Of a stretch of 64,000 nucleotides of DNA, positions 1-14,600 are shown one piece after another. Numbering within the stretch: position 1 is the stretch's first letter; each line of letters begins with the position of its first letter. This stretch comes from the human T2T-CHM13v2.0 reference genome, Homo sapiens. The notes beneath the pieces are model-generated. The model did not search any database. It was not told the DNA's origin and worked only from the letters and a program-made list of their open reading frames with translations. The position numbers and the translations under genes were made by a program. The stretch is from NCBI RefSeq assembly GCF_009914755.1, contig NC_060940.1. One strand, given 5' to 3'.

Positions 1-138
1 TTGGATGATTCGACTCGATTCCATTTGATGATTATTCCATTGGAGTCCACTTAGTGAATCCTTTAGATTCTACTCGAAGATGATTCCATTCGAGTCCATT
101 CGATGATACCATTCAATTCCATTCGTTGATGCTTCCAT

Positions 139-3100
139 TCAAGTGCATTCGATGATATCATTCGATTCCATTTGATGATAATTCCATTTGATTCCATGCG
201 ATGATTCTATTCGATTCCATTCAATGATAATTCCATTCAATTCAGTGATTCCTCTGGACTCCATTTGATGATGATTCCATTCAATGATTCCATTCGATTC
301 TATTCGAAAATGATTACATTTGAATCCATTTGATGACGATTCCATTCCATTCCATTTGATGATTCCATACTATTCTATTCGATGATGATTCCATTCGATT
401 CCATTCGATGATGATTGGATTCGATTCCATTTGATGATTTCATTTGATTCCATTCGTTAATGATTTCGATCAATTCCATTCGATGATTCCATTCGATTCC
501 ATTCGATAATGATTACATCCGAGTCCATTCGATGATTCCATTTGAGCCTGTTCGATAATTCCATTTGAGTCCAATCAATGATTCCATTCATTTCCATTCA
601 ATGATTCCATTCGAGTCCATTTGATCATTCCGGTAGGGTCCATTCGATGTTGATTCCATTGGAGTGCATTCGATGATTCCATTCGAGTCCATTTTAGGAT
701 TTGATTCGAGTCCTTTCGATGATTCCATTCGATTCCACTCGATGATGATTTCATTCGAGTCCATTCGACACTTCCAATCGATTCCATTTGATGATTCCAT
801 TCGAGTCCTATTGATGATTCCATTCAATTCCATTCGATGATGATTCCGTACGATTCCATTCTGTGATGATTCCATGTGATTGCATTCAATGATGATTCCT
901 TTCGATTGCATTCGATTATGATTCATTTCGTGTTCATTCTATGGTTCCACAGGTTTCCATTCGTGTCCATTCCATTATTCCATTCTATTCCATTTGATGA
1001 TGATTCCATTCGATTCCATTCATTGGTGATTCCACTCAATTCCATTCAATGATTCCATTCCATTTCTTTCAACAATGATTCCATTAGTTTCTAATCGATG
1101 ATCCACTTGATTCCATTTGACGACGATTCCATTCTTGTCCATTCGATGATTCCATTTGATTCCATATGATGATGATTCCATTCGATTCCATACCATGATG
1201 ATTCCATTCGAGTCCATTCAATGGTGATTCCATTCAATTCCATTCGATGATTCCTTTTGATTCCATTCGATGATGATGGCATTCGATTCCTTTCAATCAT
1301 TCCCTTTGATTCCATTCAAAGGTGATTTCATTCAAGTCCATTCGATAATTGAATTCGATTCCATTCTATGATGATTCCATTCGAGTCCATTTGATGATTC
1401 CATTCAATTCAAGTCAATGATGATTCCATTCTATTCCATTTGATGATTCCATGGGATTCCATTCGATGATGATTCCATTCAAATCCATTCGATAATTCAA
1501 TTCAAGTCCATTCGATGATGATTCCAATCGAATCCATTCAAAGATTCCATTCAGTTCCATTCGATGATTCCCTTAGATTCCATTCGATGATTCCACTTGA
1601 TTGCATTTACGATGATTCCATTCGATTCCATGTGATGATTCCATTCAATTCTATTCAATGATGTCTCCATTTGATTCCATTCGACCATGATTGCCTTTGA
1701 TTCCATTCAATGATTCCATTCGGTTCCGTTTGATGATGATTCCGTTCGATTCCATTTGATGATTCCATTGGATTCCATTGGATGAGTCCATTCGATTACA
1801 TTCGATGATTATTCCATTCGAGTGCATTAGATGATTCCATTCGAGTCCATTCGATGATTCCATTCGATTCCATTCGATGTTGATTCTGTTCAAATCCATT
1901 CGATGATTCCACTCGATTCCATTCGTTGACTCCATTTGATCCCATTCGATGATTTCCTTTGATTCCCTTTGATGATCATTCCATTTGATTCAATTCGGTG
2001 ATTTCATTTGATTCCATTCAGTGATGTTTCCATTCGACTCCATTCGATGATGATTCCATTCGACTCCATTCGATTATGATTTCATTCAATTCCATTCGAT
2101 AATGATTCCCTTCGAGTCCATTCGATGATTCCATTCGATTCCATTCAACGATGATTTGATTCGTGTCCATTCGATGATTCCATTTGATTCCACTTGATGA
2201 TGATTCCATTCGAGTCCATTTGATGATTCCATTCAATTCCATACTCCGATGATTTCTTTTGAGCCCACTCAATGCTTCCACTCGATTCCATATGATGATG
2301 ACTCCATTCGATGAAATTCGATGATGATTCCATTCGCTTGCTTTCGATGATGATTCCACTTGAGTCCGTTAGAAGATTCTATTCAATTACATTCCATGAC
2401 GATTCCGTTCGAGTATATTTGATGATTCCATTAGACTCCATTCGACGATGATTCCATTCGATGTTATTCCATGATTCCATTCGATCTCATTCGATGATGA
2501 TTCCATTCAACTCCATTCGATGTTTCCATTCGAGTTCATTCTATTATTCCATTAGATTCCATTCGATGATGATTCCATTCGATTCCATTTGATGATTGCA
2601 TTCTATTTCATTTGATGATGATTCCATTCGAGTCCACTCGATGATTCCATTCGAGTCCATTTAATGAATACATTGGTTTCAATTCTATGATGATTACATT
2701 GGATTCCATTCGTTGATGAATTCATTCGGCTCCATTCAATGATGATTCCATTCAATTCCTTTCAATGTTTCCATTCAATTCCATACGATGATGATTCCAT
2801 TTGATTTGATTCGACAGTGAGCCATTCGATTCAATTCCATGATGATTCTATTTGATTCAATTGGTTGACATTTCCATTCGATTCCATTCGATGATGATTC
2901 CCTTTGATTCCGTTCAAAGATGATTCCATTCTAGCCCATTCAATCATTCCATTCGATTCTATTCAATGATGATTCCATTCATGTCGATTTGGTGATTCCA
3001 TTTGACTTCATTTGATGATGATTCCTTTCAAGTTCATTAGATGATTCCATTCGATTCCATTTGATGATGATCCCATTCGAGTCCATTCAGTGATTCCATT

Positions 3101-6100
3101 CGTTTCCATTCCATGATGATTCCATTCCTTTCCATTCAATGATTCCATTCGATTCCGTTTGATGATGATTTCATTCGAGTCCATTTGATGATTCCATTTG
3201 ATTCCATTCGATGATGATTCCATTCGAGTCCATTCGATGATTCTATTCGAATCCATTTGATGATTTCTTTTGATTATATTTGGTGATGATTCCATTGGAG
3301 TCCATTCAATGATTCCATTCTATTCCAATCGATGATGATTCCATTAGAGTCCATTTAATGATTCCATTTGATTCCAGTCTCTGATGATTACATTCGAGTC
3401 CATACGATGATTCCACTCAATTCCATATGATGATGATTCCATTTGATTCCATTCGGTGATTCCATTCTATTCTATTCAATGGTGATTCCATTCGAGTACA
3501 TTAGATGATTCCATTCGATTCCATTCAATGATGATTCTATTTGTGTCCCTTAGATGATTCCACATGATTCCATTAGATGATGATACTATTTGAGCCCATC
3601 CAATGATTCCCTTCGATTCCATTCGATGAGGATTCCATTCGATTCAATTCATTGGTGATTCTATTCAATTCAATTCTTTGATTCCATTCCATTCCATTCG
3701 ACAATGATTCCATTCGATTTCTTTCGATGATTCCACTCGATTCCACTTGACATTGATTCCATTCGATTCCATTCAATGATTCCATTTGATTCCAGTGGAT
3801 GATGATTGCCATCGATTCCATTCGATCACTCCATTCTATTCCATTTGATGATGATTACATTCGATTCCATTTGATGATTCCATCTGATTCTATTCGAGGA
3901 TTCCATTTGATTCCATTCGCTGATGATTCCATTCGAGTCCATTCGATGATTTCATTCGAGTACATCCAATGATTCCATTCGAGTCCATTAGATGATTCCA
4001 TTTGATTCCATTTGAAAATGATTCTACTAGAGTCCATTCAATGACTCCATTCGATTCCATTCAACAATTCCATTCGACTCCATTCGATGATTCCATTCGA
4101 TTCCATTTGATGGTTCCATTCGAGTCCATTTAATCATTACAGTCGAGTCCATTTGGTGATTCCACTGGATTTCTTTTGATAATGATACCATTCCATTACA
4201 TTTGATGATGATCCCATTCAATTTCATTTGATGATGATTCCATTAGAGTCCATTCGATGATTTCATTCGAGTCCCTTCATTGATTCCATCCGATTTCATT
4301 GGATGATGACTCCATTCGAGTCCATTCGATGATTCCACTCGATTCCATTAGATGACTCCATTGGAGTCCATTTGATTGTTCCATTCGATTCCATTCGATT
4401 CCTTTCGAAGATTATTCCATTTGAGTCCATTCGATGATGATTCCATTCCATTCCATTCGATGATTCCGTTTGATTCCATTCGATGATTCCCTTCGATTCC
4501 TTTCTTTGATGATTCCATTCCATTCCATTCAATGATTCCATTCGAATCTATTCCATGATGATTCCTTTCGATTCCATTCGCTGATGTTTCCGTTCAATTC
4601 CATTCGATGATGATTCCATTCGATTCCATTCATTGAGGATTCCATTTGATTCCATTCAATGATGATTCCATTGTATTCCATTCAATGATTGCATTCAATT
4701 CCATTCAATGATTATCCCATTAAAGTAAACTCAACGATTCCATTCAATACCATTCGATGATGATTCCTTTTGAGTCCATTCAATGATTTCATTCAAGTCC
4801 ATTTGATGATTCCTTTCAATTCCATTCTATGATGATTCCATTCGAGTCCATTCGATGATTCCATTCGATTGCATTCGATGATTCCATTATATTCAATTCA
4901 ACGGTGATTCCATTCGAGTCCATTCCATGATTCCATTAGAGTACATTTAATGATTGCTTTGTTTTCAATTCGAATATGATTACATTGGATTCCATTCTAT
5001 GATAACATTCGATTTCATTCAATGATGATTCCACTCAAATCCATTGGATGATTCCATTCGTGTCCATTCGGTGATTTCATTAGATTCCATTCGAGGATGA
5101 TTCCATTCGATTCCATTCGATGATTCCATTCAATTCCATTCGATGATGATTCCATTCCAGTCCATATGATCATTCCATTTGATTTCATTCGATGATGATT
5201 CCATTCGATTCGATTCGACGATTCCATTCTATTCCATTCGATGATGATTCCATTCGAGTCCATTCGATCATTCCATTCGAGTCCATTTAATGATTCCATT
5301 GGGTTCAATTCAATGATGATTACATTGGATTCCGTTCTATGATTCCATTCAATTCCGTTCATTGACAATTTGATTCCATTCGATGATGATTCCATTTGAG
5401 TTCATTCGATGATTCTATTCGATTCTCTTCGATGGTGATTCAATTCTATTATATTGGATGATTCCATTCGATTCCATTTGATGTTGATTCAATTCGATTC
5501 TATTCGATGATGATTCCATTGGATTTCACTTGATGATTCTATTCGATTCCATTCAATGATGATTCACTTCTCGTCCATTGGATGATTCCATTTCATTCCA
5601 TTCGATGATGATTCCATTCGATTCCATTCGATGATTCCTTTTGATTCCATGCGACGGTGAGCAATTCGATTCAATTCCATGATGATTCTATTTGATTCAA
5701 TTAGATGATGTTTCCATTCGAATCCATTCCATGATTATTCCATTGGAATCCATTCGGCGATGATTCCATATGAGTCAATTCAATGATGATTCCATATGGG
5801 TCCGTTCGATGATAATTCCATTTGATTTCATTCGATGCTTCTATTCAATTCCAGTCGATGATGATTCCGTTGGAGTCCATACGATGATTCCATTTGATTT
5901 CATTTGATGATGATTCCATTCGATGATAATTACCTTGGATTCCATTCTATGATTCCATTCAATTCCATTCGTTGATGATTCGATTCCATTCAATGATGAT
6001 TCCATTTGAGTTCATTCGATGATTCTATTCGATTCCGTTCGATGGTGATTCAATTCTATTATATTGGATGATTCCACTCGATTCCATTTGATGATTATTC

Positions 6101-6201
6101 CATTGGAGTCCACTTAGTGAATCCTTTAGATTCTACTCGACGATGATTCCATTCGAGTCCATTCGATGATACCATTCAATTCCATTCGTTGATGCTTCCA
6201 T
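139..6201 (+). repeat. 6.1-kb unit 1 (6,063 bp; arbitrary phase at the landmark TCAAGTGCA)
   Basis: Landmark at 139 and 6202. It has the 49-bp-short start (139 to 588 = 449 bp, versus 498 bp in long units). Confidence 0.9.
5693..5703 (-). promoter_or_regulatory. DUX4-type binding motif TAATTGAATCA, one per unit (also at 11097, 17219, 19289, 25411, 31533, 37595, 43654, 49706, 55790, 61853)
   Basis: The + strand reads TGATTCAATTA at each position, matching the DUX4 consensus TAAYBBAATCA. DUX4 is known to bind and activate HSATII. Occupancy at these sites cannot be seen from sequence. Confidence 0.6.
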
Positions 6202-9200
6202 TCAAGTGCATTCGATGATATCATTCGATTCCATTTGATGATAATTCCATTTGATTCCATGCGATGATTCTATTCGATTCCATTCAATGATAATTCCATT
6301 CAATTCAGTGATTCCTCTGGACTCCATTTGATGATGATTCCATTCAATGATTCCATTCGATTCTATTCGAAAATGATTCCATTTGAATCCATTTGATGAT
6401 GATTCCATTAGATTCCATTTGATGATTCCATTCGATTCCATTCGACGATGATTCCATTCGATTCCGTTTGATGATTCCATTCTATTCTATTCGATGATGA
6501 TTCCATTCGATTCCATTCGATGATGATTGGATTCGATTCCATTGGATGATTTCATTTGATTCCATTCGTTAATGATTTCGATCAATTCCATTCGATGATT
6601 CCATTCGATTCCATTCGATAATGATTACATCCGAGTCCATTCGATGATTCCCTTTGAGCCTGTTCGATAATTCCATTTGAGTCCAACCAATGATTCCATT
6701 CATTTCCATTCAATGATTCCATTCGAGTCCATTTGATCATTCCGGTAGGGTCCATTCGATGTTGATTCCATTGGAGTGCATTCGATGATTCCATTCGAGT
6801 CCATTTTAGGATTTGATTCGAGTCCTTTCGATGATTCCATTCGATTCCACTCGATGATGATTTCATTCGAGTCCATTCGACACTTCCAATCGATTCCATT
6901 TGATGATTCCATTCGAGTCCAATTGATGATTCCATTCAATTCCATTCGATGATGATTCCGTACGATTCCATTCTGTGATGATTCCATGTGATTGCATTCA
7001 ATGATGATTCCTTTCGATTGCATTCGATTATGATTCATTTCGTGTTCATTCTATGGTTCCACAGGTTTCCATTCGTGTCCATTCCATTATTCCATTCTAT
7101 TCCATTTGATGATGATTCCATTCGATTCCATTCATTGGTGATTCCACTCAATTCCATTCAATGATTCCATTCCATTTCTTTCAACAATGATTCCATTAGT
7201 TTCTAATCGATGATCCACTTGATTCCATTTGACGACGATTCCATTCTTGTCCATTCGATGATTCCATTCGATTCCATTCGATGTTGATTCTGTTCAAATC
7301 CATTCGATGATTCCACTCGATTCCATTCGTTGACTCCATTTGATCCCATTCGATGATTTCCTTTGATTCCCTTTGATGATCATTCCATTTGATTCAATTC
7401 GGTGATTTCATTTGATTCCATTCAGTGATGTTTCCATTCGACTCCATTCGATGATGATTCCATTCGACTCCATTCGATTATGATTTCATTCAATTCCATT
7501 CGATAATGATTCCCTTCGAGTCCATTCGATGATTCCATTCGATTCCATTCAACGATGTTTTGATTCGTGTCCATTCGATGATTCCATTTGATTCCACTTG
7601 ATGATGATTCCATTCGAGTCCATTTGATGATTCCATTCAATTCCATACTCCGATGATTTCTTTTGAGCCCACTCAATGCTTCCACTCGATTCCATATGAT
7701 GATGACTCCATTCGATGAAATTCGATGATGATTCCATTCGCTTGCTTTCGATGATGATTCCACTTGAGTCCGTTAGAAGATTCTATTCAATTACATTCCA
7801 TGACGATTCCGTTCGAGTCCATTTGATGATTCCATTAGACTCCATTCGACGATGATTCCATTCGATGTTATTCCATGATTCCATTCGATCTCATTCGATG
7901 ATGATTCCATTCAACTCCATTCGATGTTTCCATTCGAGTTCATTCTATTATTCCATTAGATTCCATTCGATGATGATTCCATTCGATTCCATTTGATGAT
8001 TGCATTCTATTTCATTTGATGATGATTCCATTCGAGTCCACTCGATGATTCCATTCGAGTCCATTTAATGAATCCATTGGTTTCAATTCTATGATGATTA
8101 CATTGGATTCCATTCGTTGATGAATTCATTCGGCTCCATTCAATGATGATTCCATTCAATTCCTTTCAATGTTTCCATTCAATTCCATACGATGATGATT
8201 CCATTTGATTTGATTCGACAGTGAGCCATTCGATTCAATTCCATGATGATTCTATTTGATTCAATTGGTTGACATTTCCATTCGATTCCATTCGATGATG
8301 ATTCCCTTTGATTCCGTTCAAAGATGATTCCATTCTAGCCCATTCAATCATTCCATTCGATTCTATTCAATGATGATTCCATTCATGTCGATTTGGTGAT
8401 TCCATTTGACTTCATTTGATGATGATTCCTTTCAAGTTCATTAGATGATTCCATTCGATTCCATTTGATGATGATCCCATTCGAGTCCATTCAGTGATTC
8501 CATTCGTTTCCATTCCATGATGATTCCATTCCTTTCCATTCAATGATTCCATTCGATTCCGTTTGATGATGATTTCATTCGAGTCCATTTGATGATTCCA
8601 TTTGATTCCATTCGATGATGATTCCATTCGAGTCCATTCGATGATTCTATTCGAATCCATTTGATGATTTCTTTTGATTATATTTGGTGATGATTCCATT
8701 GGAGTCCATTCAATGATTCCATTCGATTCCAATCGATGATGATTCCATTAGAGTCCATTTAATGATTCCATTTGATTCCAGTCTCTGATGATTACATTCG
8801 AGTCCATACGATGATTCCACTCAATTCCATATGATGATGATTCCATTCGATTCCATTCGATGATTCCATTCTATTCTATTCAATGGTGATTCCATTCGAG
8901 TACATTAGATGATTCCATTCGATTCCATTCAATGATGATTCTATTTGTGTCCCTTAGATGATTCCACATGATTCCATTAGATGATGATACTATTTGAGCC
9001 CATCCAATGATTCCCTTCGATTCCATTCGATGAGGATTCCATTCGATTCAATTCATTGGTGATTCTATTCAATTCAATTCTTTGATTCCATTCCATTCCA
9101 TTCGACAATGATTCCATTCGATTTCTTTCGATGATTCCACTCGATTCCACTTGACATTAATTCCATTCGATTCCATTCAATGATTCCATTTGATTCCAGT

Positions 9201-11615
9201 GGATGATGATTGCCATCGATTCCATTCGATCACTCCATTCTATTCCATTTGATGATGATTACATTCGATTCCATTTGATGATTCCATCTGATTCTATTCG
9301 AGGATTCCATTTGATTCCATTCGATGATGATTCCATTCGAGTCCATTCGATGATTTCATTCGAGTACATCCAATGATTCCATTCGTGTCCATTTGATGAT
9401 TCCATTTGTTTCCATTTGATTATGATTCTACTAGAGTCCATTCAATGACTCCATTCGAGTGCATTCAACAATTCCATTCGACTCCATTCGATGATTGCAT
9501 TCGATTCCATTTGATGATTCCATTCGAGTCCATTTAATCATTACAGTCGAGTCCATTTGGTGATTCCACTGGATTTCTTTTGATAATGATACCATTCCAT
9601 TACATTTGATGATGATCCCATTCAATTTCATTTGATGATGATTCCCTTAGAGTCCATTCGATGATTTCATTCGAGTCCTTTCATTGATTCCATCCGATTT
9701 CATTTGATGATGACTCCATTCGAGTCCATTCGATGATTCCACTCGATTTCATTAGATGATTCCATTGGAGTCCATTTCATTGTTCCATTCGATTCCATTC
9801 GATTCCTTTCGAAGATTATTCCATTTGAGTCCATTCGATGATGATTACATTCCATTCCATTCGATGATTCCATTTGATTCCATTTGATGATTCCCTTCGA
9901 TTCCTTTCTTTGATGACTGCATTCCATTCCATTCAATGTTTCCATTCGAATCTATTCCATGATGATTCCTTTCGATTCCATTCGCTGATGTTTCCGTTCA
10001 ATTCCATTCGATGATGATTCCATTCGATTCCATTCATTGAGGATTCCATTTGATTCCATTCAATGATGATTCCGTTCTATTCCATTCAATGATTGCATTC
10101 AATTCCATTCAATGATTATCCCATTAGAGTAAACTCAACGATTCCATTCAATACCATTCGATGATGATTCCTTTTGAGTTCATTCAATGATTTCATTCAA
10201 GTCCATTTGATGATTCCTTTCAATTCCATTCTATGATGATTCCATTCGAGTCCATTCGATGATTCCATTCGATTGCATTCCATGATTCCATTATATTCCA
10301 TTCAACGGTGATTCCATTCGAGTCCATTCGATGATTCCATTAGAGTACATTTAATGATTGCTTTGTTTTCAATTCGAAGATGATTACATTCGATTCCATT
10401 CTATGATACCATTCGATTCCATTCAATGATGATTCCACTCAAATCCATTGGATGATTCCATTCGTGTCCATTCGGTGATTTCATTAGATTCCATTCGAGG
10501 ATGATTCCTTTCGATTCCATTCGATGATTCCATTCAATTCCATTCGATGATGATTCCATTCGAGTCCATATGATCATTCCATTTGATTTCATTCGATGAT
10601 GATTCCATTCGATTCCATTCGATGATTCCATTCTATTCCTTTCGATGATGATTCCATTCGAGTCCATTCGATGATTCCATTCGAGTCCATTTAATGATTC
10701 CATTGGGTTCAATTCGATGATGATTACATTGGATTCCGTTCTATGATTCCATTCAATTCCGTTCATTGACAATTTGATTCCATTCGATGATGATTCCATT
10801 TGAGTTCATTCGATGATTCTATTCGATTCTCTTCGATGGTGATTCAATTATATTATATTGGATGATGCCATTCGATTCCATTTGATGTTGATTCAATTCG
10901 ATTCTATTTGATGATGATTCCATTGGATTTCACTTGATGATTCTATTCGATTCCATTCAATGATGATTCACTTCTCGTCCATTGGATGGTTCCATTTCAT
11001 TCCATTCGATGATGATTCCATTCGATTCCATTCGATGATTCCATTTGATTCCATTCGACGGTGACCAATTCGATTCAATTCCATGATGATTCTATTTGAT
11101 TCAATTAGATGATGTTTCCATTCGAATCCATTCCATGATTATTCCATTGGAATCCATTCGGCGATGATTCCATATGAGTCAATTCAATGATGATTCCATA
11201 TGGGTCCGTTCGATGATAATTCCATTTGATTTCATTCGATGCTTCTATTCAATTCCAGTTGATGATGATTCCGTTGGAGTCCATACGATGATTCCATTTG
11301 ATTTCATTTGATGATGATTCCATTCGATTCCATTCGATGATGATTACATTGGATTCCATTCTATGATTCCATTCAATTCCATTCGTTGATGATTCGATTC
11401 CATTCAATGATGATTCCATTTGAGTTCATTCGATGATTCTATTCGATTCCGTTCGATGGTGATTCAATTCTCTTATATTGGATGATTCCACTCGATTCCA
11501 TTTGATGATTATTCCATTGGAGTCCACTTAGTGAATCCTTTAGATTCTACTCGAAGATGATTCCATTCGAGTCCATTCGATGGTACCATTCAATTCCATT
11601 CGTTGATGCTTCCAT
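6202..11615 (+). repeat. Unit 2 (5,414 bp), carrying a 708-bp internal deletion
   Basis: Landmark at 6202 and 11616. The offset to unit 1 drops from 6112 (588/6700) to 5404 (2018/7422). Confidence 0.9.
10840..10850 (-). promoter_or_regulatory. Additional DUX4-type motif TAATTGAATCA specific to haplotype B (also 19032-19042 and 25154-25164)
   Basis: GGTGATTCAATTATATT here versus GGTGATTCAATTCTATT in the other units, a single C>A difference. Confidence 0.5.
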
Positions 11616-14600
11616 TCAAGTGCATTCGATGATATCATTCGATTCCATTTGATGATAATTCCATTTGATTCCATGCGATGATTCTATTCGATTCCATTCA
11701 ATGATAATTCCATTCAATTCAGTGATTCCTCTGGACTCCATTTGATGATGATTCCATTCAATGATTCCATTCGATTCTATTCGAAAATGATTCCATTTGA
11801 ATCCATTTGATGATGATTCCATTAGATTCCATTTGATGATTCTATTCGATTCCATTCGACGATGATTCCATTCGATTCCATTTGATGATTCCATTCTATT
11901 CTATTCGATGATGATTCCATTCGATTCCATTCGATGATGATTGGATTCGATTCCATTTGATGATTTCATTTGATTCCATTCGATAATGATTTTGATCAAT
12001 TCCATTCGATGATTCCATTCGATTCCATTCGATAATGATTACATCCGAGTCCATTCGATGATTCCATTTGAGCCCGTTCGATAATTCCATTTGAGTCCAA
12101 TCAATGATTGCATTCATTTCCATTCAATGATTCCATTCGAGTCCATTTGATCATTCCGGTAGGGTCCGTTCGATGTTGATTCCATTGGAGTGCATTCGAT
12201 GATTCCATTCGAGTCCAATTTATGATTTGGTTCGAGTCCTTTCGATGATTCCATTCGATTCCACTCGATGATGATTTCATTCGAGTCCATTCGACACTTC
12301 CAATCGATTCCATTTGATGTTTCCTTTCGAGTCCAATTGATGATTCCATTCAATTCCATTCGATGATGATTCCGTACGATTCCACTCTGTGATGATTCCA
12401 AGTGATTGCATTCAATGATGATTCCTTTCGATTGCATTCGATTATGATTCATTTCGTGTTCATTCTATGGTTCCACAGGTTTCCATTCGTGTCCATTCCA
12501 TTATTCCATTCTATTCCATTTGATGATGATTCCATTCGATTCCATTCATTGGTGATTCCACTCAATTCCATTCAATGATTCCATTCCATTTCTTTCAACA
12601 ATGATTCCATTAGTTTCTAATCGATGATCCACTTGATTCCATTTGACGACGATTCCATTCTTGTCCATTCGATGATTCCATTTGATTCCATATGCTGATG
12701 ATTCCATTCGATTCCATACCATGATGATTCCATTCGAGTCCATTCAATGGTGATTCCATTCAATTCCATTCGATGATTCCTTTCGATTCCATTCAATGAT
12801 GATGGCATTCGATTCCTTTCAATCATTCCCTTTGATTCCATTCAAAGGTGATTTCATTCAAGTCCATTCGATAATTGCATTCGATTCCATTCTATGATGA
12901 TTCCATTCGAGTCCATTTGATGATTCCATTCAATTCAAGTCAATGATGATTCCATTCAATTCCATTCGATGATTCCATTGGATTCCATTCGATGATGATT
13001 CCATTCAAATCCATTCGATAATTCAATTCAAGTCCATTCGATGATGATTCCAATCGAATCCATTCAAAGATTCCATTCAGTTCCATTCGATGATTCCCTT
13101 AGATTCCATTCGATGATTCCACTTGATTGCATTTACGATGATTCCATTCGATTCCATGTGATGATTCCATTCAATTCTATTCAATGATGTCTCCATTTGA
13201 TTCCATTCGACCATGATTGCCTTTGATTCCATTCAATGATTCCATTCGGTTCCGTTTGATGATGATTCCGTTCGATTCCATTTGATGATTCCATTTGATT
13301 CCATTGGATGAGTCCATTCGATTACATTCGATGATTATTCCATTCGAGTGCATTAGATGATTCCATTCGAGTCCATTCGATGATTCCATTCGATTCCATT
13401 CGATGTTGATTCTGTTCAAATCCATTCGATGATTCCACTCGATTCCATTCGTTGACTCCATTTGATCCCATTTGATGATTTCCTTTGATTCCCTTTGATG
13501 ATCATTCCATTTGATTCAATTCGGTGATTTCATTTGATTCCATTCAGTGATGTTTCCATTCGACTCCATTCGATGATGATTCCATTCGACTCCATTCGAT
13601 TATGATTTCATTCAATTCCATTCGATAATGATTCCCTTCGAGTCCATTCGATGATTCCATTCGATTCCATTCAACGATGATTTGATTCGTGTCCATTCGA
13701 TGATTCCATTTGATTCCACTTGACGATGATTCCATTCGAGTCCATTTGATGATTCCATTCAATTCCATACTCCGATGATTTCTTTTGAGCCCACTCAATG
13801 CTTCCACTCGATTCCATATGATGATGACTCCATTCGATGAAATTCGATGATGATTCCATTCGCTTGCTTTCGATGATGATTCCACTTGAGTCCGTTAGAA
13901 GATTCTATTCAATTACATTCCATGACGATTCCGTTCGAGTCCATTTGATGATTCCATTAGACTCCATTCGACGATGATTCCATTCGATGTTATTCCATGA
14001 TTCCATTCGATCTCATTCGATGATGATTCCATTCAACTCCATTCGATGTTTCCATTCGAGTTCATTCTATTATTCCATTAGATTCCATTCGATGATGATT
14101 CCATTCGATTCCATTTGATGATTGCATTCTATTTCATTTGATGATGATTCCATTCGAGTCCACTCGATGATTCCATTCGAGTCCATTTAATGAATCCATT
14201 GGTTTCAATTCTATGATGATTACATTGGATTACATTCGTTGATGATTTCATTCGGTTCCATTCAATGATGATTCCATTCAATTCCTTTCAATGTTTCCAT
14301 TCAATTCCATACGATGATGATTCCATTTGATTTGATTCGACAGTGAGCCATTCGATTCAATTCCATGATGATTCTATTTGATTCAATTGGTTGACATTTC
14401 CATTCGATTCCATTCGATGATGATTCCCTTTGATTCCGTTCAAAGATGATTCCATTCTAGCCCATTCAATCATTCCATTCGATTCTATTCAATGATGATT
14501 CCATTCATGTCGATTTGGTGATTCCATTTGACTTCATTTGATGATGATTCCTTTCAAGTTCATTAGATGATTCCATTCGATTCCATTTGATGATGATCCC

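Noticed and set aside
2853-2863. TGATTCAATTG as another DUX4 site
   Set aside because: It mismatches the TAA half-site and is further disrupted by a 1-bp deletion in units 7-10, so it is treated as a degenerate paralog only.
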